From positions 1 through 48,262 of the forward strand of contig CAZUFC010000063.1 of assembly GCA_964619725.1 (NCBI GenBank): 48,262 nucleotides of DNA, in the 5' to 3' direction. Below are positions 1 through 7,817 of the stretch, one piece after another; position 1 is the stretch's first letter, and every line of letters starts with the position of its first letter. The position numbers were made by a program, and so were the translations under genes. The DNA comes from an uncultured bacterium (GTDB lineage: Bacteria > CSSED10-310 > CAZUFC01). The notes under the pieces were generated by a model, which was not told the DNA's origin, ran no database searches, and saw only the letters and a program-made list of their open reading frames with translations.

Positions 1-113
1 TCAGGTGGTAAACTTATTTCCAGAATCGCCGGCAACTTTCACCGGAATACGCACTCCACCATTACTCCCATTGAATTCAAAATATTTATTCCGCTTCTCT
101 CGCAAATTTTCCC

Positions 114-142
114 TTGCTTTAATATCGCATTTGTATTATAAG
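114..142 (+). promoter_or_regulatory. Candidate sigma70-type promoter for the BMC/deoC/comE operon
   Basis: TTGCTT (114-119), 17-nt spacer, TATAAG (137-142), about 145 nt upstream of the first ATG. Imperfect consensus match only. Confidence 0.35.
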
Positions 143-288
143 TGTTTTGTTTGAAGCCGACTGACGAACACCTTAGTTCCGGACGACGGCTGGTTGATAT
201 CGAGAATGGCGTTGAGCAATAACGTTCACGGATAACATTGTTTTCACAATGATATTCAAAAAATTCGAAAGGTGGTGAAATTCACAGA

Positions 289-573
289 ATGGAAGCTCTG
301 GGAATGATTGAAACAAAAGGACTTATTGGTTTAATTGAATCTTCTGATGCAATGGTCAAAGCAGCAAAAGTGGTTCTTGTCGGGTATGAAAAAATCGGCG
401 GAGGATATGTCACGGCGTTGGTCCGAGGGGACGTCGCAGCGTGTAAGGCGGCAACGGATGCAGGAGCGGCGGCAGCCCAGAAGGTCGGCGAATTAGTGTC
501 TGTGCATGTAATTCCTAGACCTCATGTGAGCCTGGACGATATTTTCCCCATTAAATTGAAAGAACAGGAATAA
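289..573 (+). CDS. Bacterial microcompartment shell hexamer (BMC-H, EutM/PduA/CcmK family)
   Basis: 94 aa with hallmark motifs [34 protein letters not shown]. Confidence 0.97.
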   Translation: MEALGMIETKGLIGLIESSDAMVKAAKVVLVGYEKIGGGYVTALVRGDVAACKAATDAGAAAAQKVGELVSVHVIPRPHVSLDDIFPIKLKEQE

Positions 574-665
574 TCGGCACATAATCTAAAACGCTTTTTC
601 AATGTCATATCGTTGAAAAAGCGGATTTTGCTTTAACGAAATTTTGCTGTAATGAATTTGATACT

Positions 666-1562
666 ATGAACGAACATGATTTACCCAAAGACCAACTGGT
701 TGAGATTATTACAAAGATTACCAGGCAAGTGCTGCAACAGTATGGTTCGACTTTAAACGATGCTTCTGAGATTATTGTGGAGCCTTGCGATTGCAGCGGC
801 GTCGACCTGTCTGAGTGTACGAGTTGCGGATTGTGCATTGTTCGTCGGAATGACGTAAAGGAAGTATTGGATTCCGGTGCGGACCGGCTTGGCGCTAAAC
901 CGGGCATTAAAGACATTGACGGGTCATTAGGGTCCTATATTGATCACACTTTGTTGAAGCCCGATTCCACTGAAAAGGACCTGAAAACTTTATGCGACGA
1001 AGCCTTGAAGTACCGTTTTGCGGCTGTCTGCGTGAATCCGGCGAACGTGAATTATTGTGTTGAACGGTTGAAAGGATCGCCGATTAAGGTCGCCGCTGTC
1101 GTCGGTTTTCCCCTGGGAGCTACGACTACGTCCATAAAAGCGGCTGAAACACGCGAAGCCGTATTGAACGGAGCAAAAGAAATCGACATGGTCATAAATA
1201 TAGGGGCGCTGAAAAACGGGGATTACCAGACTGTATACGAGGATATTAAATCCGTGGTAAATGCGGCCGGAGGCAATGTGGTCAAGGTTATTCTGGAAAC
1301 GGCTCTTTTGGACGAAGAGGGCAAAATAGCAGGTTGCGTTTTATCGAAAGCAGCCGGCGCTCATTACGTTAAAACTTCGACCGGTTTCGGGCCGGGCGGT
1401 GCGACCACTGACGATGTTGTTCTCATGAGAAGAATTGTCGGCCCATCAATGGGGGTCAAAGCATCGGGAGGCATAAGAGATCAGAAGACAGCTCAGAATA
1501 TGTTGAAAGCCGGGGCCACTCGCATCGGAGCCAGCGCTTCGGTAGCCATTGTACAAAGTTAA
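666..1562 (+). CDS. deoC: Deoxyribose-phosphate aldolase with N-terminal extension (putative encapsulation peptide plus Cys-rich segment)
   Basis: IDHTLLKP, VGFPLGA, EIDMVINIG, VKVILET, VKTSTGF (Schiff-base Lys), GVKASGGIR, GATRIGAS. About 85 extra N-terminal residues. Confidence 0.96.
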   Translation: MNEHDLPKDQLVEIITKITRQVLQQYGSTLNDASEIIVEPCDCSGVDLSECTSCGLCIVRRNDVKEVLDSGADRLGAKPGIKDIDGSLGSYIDHTLLKPDSTEKDLKTLCDEALKYRFAAVCVNPANVNYCVERLKGSPIKVAAVVGFPLGATTTSIKAAETREAVLNGAKEIDMVINIGALKNGDYQTVYEDIKSVVNAAGGNVVKVILETALLDEEGKIAGCVLSKAAGAHYVKTSTGFGPGGATTDDVVLMRRIVGPSMGVKASGGIRDQKTAQNMLKAGATRIGASASVAIVQS

Positions 1563-1589
1563 TAAATCATCATTAGAACCGGGCCTGAC

Positions 1590-2894
1590 GTGGATACATA
1601 TGATATCATCTTAAAAAAAAGAGACGGCGGGAACCTGTCTGCTGGAGAATTGGATTTTATGATTAAAGGCATCGTTTCCAGCCGCATACCGGATTATCAG
1701 ATAGCCGCCTTTCTGATGGCCGTTTTCATTCGCGGAATGTCAAGGCAGGAAACGATTGATTTGACGTGCTCTATGATGAAATCAGGCGAAGAGATTATCC
1801 CGGATGAATTGGGTCCCGTTACTGCGGATAAGCATAGTACCGGCGGCGTAGGAGACAAAGTCAGCATTCCGCTGGCGCCGTTGGTCGCGTCAGCCGGCGT
1901 ACGAGTGCCTATGATGTCCGGAAGAGGACTGGGGCACACGGGCGGAACGCTCGACAAGCTGGAATCCATTCCAGGATTTTCCTGCATAATGAACAAAAGA
2001 AAATTCATCGAGGCAATGGAAACCGTCGGAGCTGCCATTATCGGCCAAACCGAAAAACTCGTGCCCGCCGACAAAAAGCTTTACGCTTTAAGAGACGTCA
2101 CAGCCACTATCGATTCCATTCCCCTGATCGCCGCCAGTATCATGAGCAAAAAAATTGCAGCGGGTCCCAGGGCAATCGTTTTCGACGTTAAAATAGGCTC
2201 CGGGTCTTTTTTGAAGTATCCTGGCAAGGCGGCCGAATTAGCTGAACTGATGATCGATATTGGTTCTGGGCTTAACAGGAATGTCAGCGCATATATTACT
2301 CAAATGGATCAACCTCTGGGCCGTTGCGTAGGTAATGCTCTCGAAATTAAAGAGTCGATCCTGTTCCTGAAAGGCGAAGGCCCGGAAGATTTAAAGGAAA
2401 TCGTATTTAAACTTGGCGCTGAGATGCTTCTTCTGTCCGGAAAATCAAGCGATTTGAATAGCGCTGAAAAAATTCTCGACGAATGCCTCGCTTCCGGACA
2501 AGCCCTTCAGAAATTTCAGGAAATGATTCAGAACCAGGGCGGCGACACCTCGGTTATAGATGATGCCGGTAAACTGCCTTCCGCTGAAAAGGTCACAATA
2601 CTGGAATCTCCTGAATCCGGTTATATTGAAAAATGCGATGCTCTACAAATCGGACGAACGGGCGTGTCGTTGGGGGCCGGCAGAGAGAGGATGGACTCAG
2701 TTGTCGATCCATCTGTCGGATTCGTTTTAAACGCCAAAAAATACGATTATATCGAGAAGGGCGAACCGTTGTTGGAAATTCACCACTCCGCCGATTTGCC
2801 TGAAAGTTTTTTCTCTCGACTGAGAAGCGCTTACAGCTTTTCTGAGGTCGAACCGACAAAAGAACCTCTCATCATTAAAAGAATAGCCGGCTGA
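1590..2894 (+). CDS. pdp: Pyrimidine-nucleoside/thymidine phosphorylase
   Basis: IILKKRDG, PDYQIAAFLMA, DKHSTGGVGDK, SGRGLGHTGGTLDKLESIPG, ADKKLYALRDVTAT, SIMSKK. GTG start. Confidence 0.96.
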   Translation: MDTYDIILKKRDGGNLSAGELDFMIKGIVSSRIPDYQIAAFLMAVFIRGMSRQETIDLTCSMMKSGEEIIPDELGPVTADKHSTGGVGDKVSIPLAPLVASAGVRVPMMSGRGLGHTGGTLDKLESIPGFSCIMNKRKFIEAMETVGAAIIGQTEKLVPADKKLYALRDVTATIDSIPLIAASIMSKKIAAGPRAIVFDVKIGSGSFLKYPGKAAELAELMIDIGSGLNRNVSAYITQMDQPLGRCVGNALEIKESILFLKGEGPEDLKEIVFKLGAEMLLLSGKSSDLNSAEKILDECLASGQALQKFQEMIQNQGGDTSVIDDAGKLPSAEKVTILESPESGYIEKCDALQIGRTGVSLGAGRERMDSVVDPSVGFVLNAKKYDYIEKGEPLLEIHHSADLPESFFSRLRSAYSFSEVEPTKEPLIIKRIAG

Positions 2895-2896
2895 AA

Positions 2897-3148
2897 ATGA
2901 AAGAAAAACACCTCCTTATTCTTATTCTTATCGCTTTTGCGGGCGGCGCTCTCGTATTATTGGTGAACGAAAACTATCGAATTGAAAAAAATCTCATGGG
3001 AAATTCTGATTATTGCCCGGATATTGAAATTTCAGAAGAAGAAGTAAAGGAAGAATCGGAAAGAAGAAATCGTTCTTCAGAGAGCGAAAATTATGAAGAG
3101 ACGATTGACGATACCGATGAAGACAACCCAAATTTGAGATATTATTGA
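2897..3148 (+). CDS. Small protein with N-terminal transmembrane/signal helix and acidic tail; function unknown
   Basis: Fills the pdp-comEC gap (2-nt and 15-nt spacers). Hydrophobic LLILILIAFAGGALVLLV followed by an E/D-rich tail. Confidence 0.7.
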   Translation: MKEKHLLILILIAFAGGALVLLVNENYRIEKNLMGNSDYCPDIEISEEEVKEESERRNRSSESENYEETIDDTDEDNPNLRYY

Positions 3149-3163
3149 TTTTGTTTACCCGCA

Positions 3164-6007
3164 ATGATTAAAGCGGTTCAAATTCTAACGCCTGCGTTCA
3201 TAGCCGGGATACTTGTTGCCCGTTTCACCGATATCCCGGAGTTATCGCTGATTCCTGTTTTTTTCGTTAGCGCATTTTTTCTATTGATGTCGCTGATCTT
3301 CTATTTAAAGGGAAAAAGTTATCAGTTTTTCCTGATCTTCCCTGCTTTTCTCGGCGGCGCATACAACCTGCAATATCACATGGCGACTGATGTCCCGGGC
3401 CACCTCGCCTTATACCTTGAAGAGAGCTCCTTTAAGAAAAACACGGCTGCGGTCGGCACCATCACGGCAGAACCCGAAATACGGGAAAGATACACGCTGC
3501 TTGAGCTGACGCCTGAATACATTAAAAAAAATTATCAGGACAGCAAAATTCTCATCAGTCGTGGAAAAATAGCGGTACGCATTTATCCGAGCATCGGTGA
3601 TTTATTCTATCAGTTGTCTTATGGCGATAAAATATTAATTAAAGACGTCGCATTGACTCCGCCCCCGGAACCGAATAATCCCGGATTGTTTAACTATAGC
3701 GAGTATCTGTCCAACAGAAACTTTTTTTCTCAGGTCAGCATTCGAAATTCCTGGCAAATAGAAAAAATGGGCGTCGGTGATTTTAATTTTCTCGTTCGTT
3801 TTGCTCTGTCCGTTAAAAATAATATTTTACAAACTATAAAGAAGACAATGCCTTTTCCGGAATCGACGTTTCTCGGAGGAGTGCTTCTGGGGCTGAGATT
3901 CGGTTTGCCGGGAGATATCGTTGACCAGTTTCGCGCGGCCGGCGTTTCGCACGTTCTGGCCGTATCGGGTCTCCACGTAACGATCATCACGGCCCTGTTC
4001 ATGGGCATATTTTCCATGATGAAAATGCCGAAACGGGCGGCAGGACCTATAATTATTTTCTTTCTGATTATTTTTACTCTTATAACGGGTGCGCGACCCT
4101 CCACAGTCAGGGCCGCCATAATGAACAGTCTGGGCCTTATCTTATACTACATCATCGGACGCGGAATTAAATCTTCCCTGCTTTTCGCTATCTCCGCCTC
4201 CGCTCTGTTGATTCTATTGAACAATCCCCTGATTCTCGGTGAAGCTTCTTTTCTATTTTCTTTCACCGCCGTACTTTCCTTGGGACTCCTGACCAACCCC
4301 GTATCCCGCTTTATGAAAAGAAGACTCAGGTCTCCCGCCTCATTCGCTGTTTTGTTCTTTGCCGTTTACCTTATCGGCGCGTTTATTACTGACAGCCGCT
4401 TTTACTTGCATCCTCCCAATGCCTTCTGGATATTGCTCGCTCTTATACCGCTTTCCTTTTTTATACAAAAATTCACCCATATTCGTTTTACTTTTGATCA
4501 CTTGCCCTTTTGGCTTCGCTCCTTTGTTGCAGCCCAGGCCGCCATTCAACTGGGAATGGCTCCCTTGACGGCTCAATTTTTCAACCGGGTATCCGTTTCT
4601 GCGCCGATTGCCAATTTTGTCGCCATACCGCTGATAGGCGTTATCGTGCAAATCGGTCTTATAGCCGGTCTCCTGGCTTTTATCCCAGTCGTCGGAATCT
4701 ATTTAGCTCTTATTCTTAACGCCTTCAACTGGTTATGCGTTAAATTTTTTCTGGGTACGGCTGCATTCTTCTCGAACAATTTTCCCTATCCGAGGCTTAC
4801 TCCACCAGGATTGGAATTTTTCCTGATCTATTTCTTCATTCTTTTCCTCTTCATGAATAGAGAAAAAATCATTTACGGAACCAGAGAGTATTTTCCGGTG
4901 TGGAAGAAACTTCTCAAAACCAGCAGGCGCATTAGATTACAAACCGTCACAGGCTGCATCCTTCTGGCGATTATCGCCGCTTCCGGCGCGAAACTAGCGC
5001 TTTCCCAGCAGGAAGAACCGCTTCGCATTCTGTTCATTGATCCCCGATCTTTCAATGTCGGTAAAGGCAGCTCCGTCCTGGTGCAAACTCCTGCCGGAAA
5101 GTCTATCCTGATTGATGGAGCAACCAGAAGGGCTTCTTTTTACGACAGAATCGTCGATTTCGATCTCGGTGAAAGATTATTAACTCCTTTGCTTTTGAAA
5201 AAAAACATCTCTACGCTTGATCTGGTCGTTCTTACGAATCCCCTGCCGCAAAATATCGGGGGTTTGATTTCGGTTGTAAAAAATTTTAGAATTTTATTGG
5301 AGGCGGATAGTCTTCCGGTCGATGAAATTCCCGACAGAAAATTGTCCCTCGAAGACATCGCTGCTGCCGAAGACGATCCGGCGCTTGAATATTTGTCGCC
5401 CGAAGAGGTTTCAATGATGCTTGACGATTTAAATGATTATTTTGAACTCCTGGGTTATTCCGATACGCGCCGATTACGACTGACGGAAGGTATGACTTTA
5501 TACAGCGAATCCCTTGATTCTGGAAAAACGCTTACGATAGATGTCCTTAATCCCCCCGCTGATCCTGATATCCTTACAGGTATTAAAAACAGAAGCATCG
5601 TTCTCCAGATCAATTATGGTGAACTCAGCGTCCTCCTGCCAAGCAATATTAACGAAGCCGCAGAATCCAGACTCGTGGAAAAATACGGCGCTGAACTAAG
5701 AAGCCAGGTCTTGCTCGTCCCGGATAACGGAAGCCGTGATGCCAGTTCTTTGCCATTCATTAATGCCGTTTCTCCTGAAGTAGCCATATTCCAATATAAA
5801 TATGAACGATATGCCAATCGTTACTTCAAGCGCAACTGGCAAAAATACAGCGAAAAAGGCATTACATGCTTCAGAACAGATAAATCAGGCGCCGTGTCTC
5901 TATTTTCCGACGGCTCAACAATGCGTCTTGAAACTGTTTTTCAACCTTCGTTCATCAAATCAGAATCCCAAGATAGCCCAGCAAATGAATGGAACTTCGA
6001 ATTATGA
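3164..6007 (+). CDS. comEC: ComEC/Rec2 DNA-uptake channel (OB-like N domain, Competence domain, degenerate MBL domain)
   Basis: PNNPGLFNY, FRAAGVSHVLAVSGLHV, TGARPSTVRAAIM, SFLFSFTAV, many TM helices, C-terminal MBL-fold remnants (SILIDG, FRTDKSGAV). Confidence 0.93.
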   Translation: MIKAVQILTPAFIAGILVARFTDIPELSLIPVFFVSAFFLLMSLIFYLKGKSYQFFLIFPAFLGGAYNLQYHMATDVPGHLALYLEESSFKKNTAAVGTITAEPEIRERYTLLELTPEYIKKNYQDSKILISRGKIAVRIYPSIGDLFYQLSYGDKILIKDVALTPPPEPNNPGLFNYSEYLSNRNFFSQVSIRNSWQIEKMGVGDFNFLVRFALSVKNNILQTIKKTMPFPESTFLGGVLLGLRFGLPGDIVDQFRAAGVSHVLAVSGLHVTIITALFMGIFSMMKMPKRAAGPIIIFFLIIFTLITGARPSTVRAAIMNSLGLILYYIIGRGIKSSLLFAISASALLILLNNPLILGEASFLFSFTAVLSLGLLTNPVSRFMKRRLRSPASFAVLFFAVYLIGAFITDSRFYLHPPNAFWILLALIPLSFFIQKFTHIRFTFDHLPFWLRSFVAAQAAIQLGMAPLTAQFFNRVSVSAPIANFVAIPLIGVIVQIGLIAGLLAFIPVVGIYLALILNAFNWLCVKFFLGTAAFFSNNFPYPRLTPPGLEFFLIYFFILFLFMNREKIIYGTREYFPVWKKLLKTSRRIRLQTVTGCILLAIIAASGAKLALSQQEEPLRILFIDPRSFNVGKGSSVLVQTPAGKSILIDGATRRASFYDRIVDFDLGERLLTPLLLKKNISTLDLVVLTNPLPQNIGGLISVVKNFRILLEADSLPVDEIPDRKLSLEDIAAAEDDPALEYLSPEEVSMMLDDLNDYFELLGYSDTRRLRLTEGMTLYSESLDSGKTLTIDVLNPPADPDILTGIKNRSIVLQINYGELSVLLPSNINEAAESRLVEKYGAELRSQVLLVPDNGSRDASSLPFINAVSPEVAIFQYKYERYANRYFKRNWQKYSEKGITCFRTDKSGAVSLFSDGSTMRLETVFQPSFIKSESQDSPANEWNFEL

Positions 6008-6720
6008 AATTCAAAGTCCAGCACCTGTTTCTGTTATTTATTTCTCTAGTCGGCTTCTTTACGGGTCTGTGGTTTTTAATTCAGCAAAGCGTAGTTGAAA
6101 CAGTCGTCGTAGTTCATGCCGTTGGTCCAGATTTCGATGAAATTTCGTTGGATTATCCCTGGGGGACCCCTCCTCCCTCTACCGCAGAACCCGCATACAC
6201 GCCCTTAACGAAATTGTCGAATGAAGAGCTGGAGGAATTTCGAGAAAAATTCAAAATAAACGTTAACGAGGGTTCTGCCGAAGAGTTAATGAAATTGAAA
6301 GGAGTCGGACCTGCTACAGCGGCTGACATCATTGAATACAGACGAACGAAAGGTCCCTTCAGAAGCATCCGGGATTTAGCGAAAGTCAAAGGCATTGGGG
6401 CAAAAACGCTGGCTAAATTCGCAGACGACATAACTGTCGGACACCCTGAAGACATTACTTTTCCGCAACCCGATGAAAGAAAAAAATCATCGAGGAGCAC
6501 GGCAAGCGGCAGCGTTTCCGTCACGGAAAAAATTAATATAAATACAGCCGGTTCGGCTGAACTGCAAAAATTACCTCGTGTAGGACCCAAGACAGCAGAA
6601 AAGATAATTCAATACAGAGAAGAAAACGGGCCGTTCCTTCGAAAAGAGGACATAAAGAAAATCAAAGGAATCGGTCCTAAAACATTCGAAAACATGAAAG
6701 AGATCATAGAGGTGGATTAG
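6004..6720 (+). CDS. comEA: ComEA-family DNA receptor, membrane-anchored, two tandem helix-hairpin-helix domains
   Basis: KINVN...LKGVGPATA..IIEYR...GPF...KVKGIG and KININTA...LPRVGPKTAEKIIQYR...GPF...IKGIGPKT. Start placed at 6004 (ATGA overlap with the comEC stop); the ORF track starts at 5989. Confidence 0.92.
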   Translation: MKFKVQHLFLLFISLVGFFTGLWFLIQQSVVETVVVVHAVGPDFDEISLDYPWGTPPPSTAEPAYTPLTKLSNEELEEFREKFKINVNEGSAEELMKLKGVGPATAADIIEYRRTKGPFRSIRDLAKVKGIGAKTLAKFADDITVGHPEDITFPQPDERKKSSRSTASGSVSVTEKININTAGSAELQKLPRVGPKTAEKIIQYREENGPFLRKEDIKKIKGIGPKTFENMKEIIEVD

Positions 6721-6830
6721 AGTTTTTTTCAAACAAAAAGATCATCCAATTATGTTGATTTTTCTTGATGAAAAAAGTCCGTTTATTTTCGATCATCAAG
6801 AGAATCTCCGATTGAAAAGGAGAAACGACA

Positions 6831-7817
6831 ATGAATGAAAATAAAAATTACCCTGTGGTCGAGGACCCGGGTTTCTTTTCTAAAAGCCTTATCCCTGTGT
6901 TGATTTTCTTTATCGCTGCTGTGATTTTGTTCGGCTTATCTTTTCTCAGGGGAGATGAAAATCCGTCAACAGCAGCGGCGGACGAAATCATAGAGACAGA
7001 GAAATCGACTGAACAGTCCCGTATGATCGTGAATTTTCTCGATATAGGAGAAGGAGACAGCATACTGATCCAAAGTCCAAGCGGGAAAAACATTCTCATA
7101 GACGGGGGAATGGGCTCGTCGGAATATTCTCACTTCGATGCGGGGGAAAATGTTATAGTTCCCATGCTTCACAATCGGAATATAGAAGTTCTTGACATTG
7201 TAATCTCCACGCACCAGCATTTCGATCATATCGGAGGATTGATAAGCGTTCTTCGTTCCTTTCCCGTAAAAAAGTATATTGACAACAAATTTGCTTTTGG
7301 AACTGAAAGTTACGCTGAACTTTTACAGATAGTAAAAGAGAAAAATATCCCCTATGAGAAAGGAGTCGCGGGAGATATTATAGATATTGACCCGAATATA
7401 TGGATCCAAATTCTTCACCCAGTCGAAGACAGTTATTTCAAAGGGACGCGTTCCGATGCCAACAACAACTCAATCGTCATGAAACTCATCTATCACAAAA
7501 TAGATTTCCTTTTGACCGGCGACGTTGAAACCGTCGCTGAGCAGACTCTACTGGAATACGGTCAAGCATTGAAAAGCTTCTTTTTAAAAGTCCCGCATCA
7601 TGGCTCGGAAACGTCTACTTCATCTCTTTTTCTCAAGACAGTCGATCCGAAAGTAGCCATTATTCCTTCAGGAGAAGGAAATCGTCACGGCCATCCAGAT
7701 TCGGTAGTCGTTAACCGTTTGCGGGATTACGGCGTGAAAATTTACAGAACCGACTATCACGGAACCATCTCGGTCATAACCGACGGATTCGGTTATAAAA
7801 TAATTACGGAAAAATGA
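6831..7817 (+). CDS. Stand-alone ComEC-like metallo-beta-lactamase-fold hydrolase (putative nuclease) with N-terminal TM anchor
   Basis: FLDIGEGDS, ILIDGG, STHQHFDHIGG, NNNSIV, LLTGD, KVPHHGS, NRHGHP, YRTDYHGTI. AGGAG RBS upstream. Confidence 0.9.
   Translation: MNENKNYPVVEDPGFFSKSLIPVLIFFIAAVILFGLSFLRGDENPSTAAADEIIETEKSTEQSRMIVNFLDIGEGDSILIQSPSGKNILIDGGMGSSEYSHFDAGENVIVPMLHNRNIEVLDIVISTHQHFDHIGGLISVLRSFPVKKYIDNKFAFGTESYAELLQIVKEKNIPYEKGVAGDIIDIDPNIWIQILHPVEDSYFKGTRSDANNNSIVMKLIYHKIDFLLTGDVETVAEQTLLEYGQALKSFFLKVPHHGSETSTSSLFLKTVDPKVAIIPSGEGNRHGHPDSVVVNRLRDYGVKIYRTDYHGTISVITDGFGYKIITEK

Noticed and set aside
1-72. Possible start of a divergent minus-strand gene
   Set aside because: ATG/GTG frames stop within the window. 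Only a short TTG-initiated frame stays open to the edge, too little to call.
155-220. CTGACGA resembling a hammerhead core, and GACTGACGAA resembling a ZTP riboswitch 5' segment
   Set aside because: No GAAA after a stem II for a hammerhead, and no GCC-loop-GGGC 3' hairpin for ZTP.
289-573. Carboxysome, Pdu or Eut assignment for the shell gene
   Set aside because: No RuBisCO, diol dehydratase or ethanolamine ammonia-lyase nearby; the adjacent cargo-like enzyme is DeoC.
5021-6007. comEC as a pseudogene
   Set aside because: The frame is intact for 947 codons, the channel motif is preserved and the stop is coupled to comEA. Only the nuclease ligands are lost.
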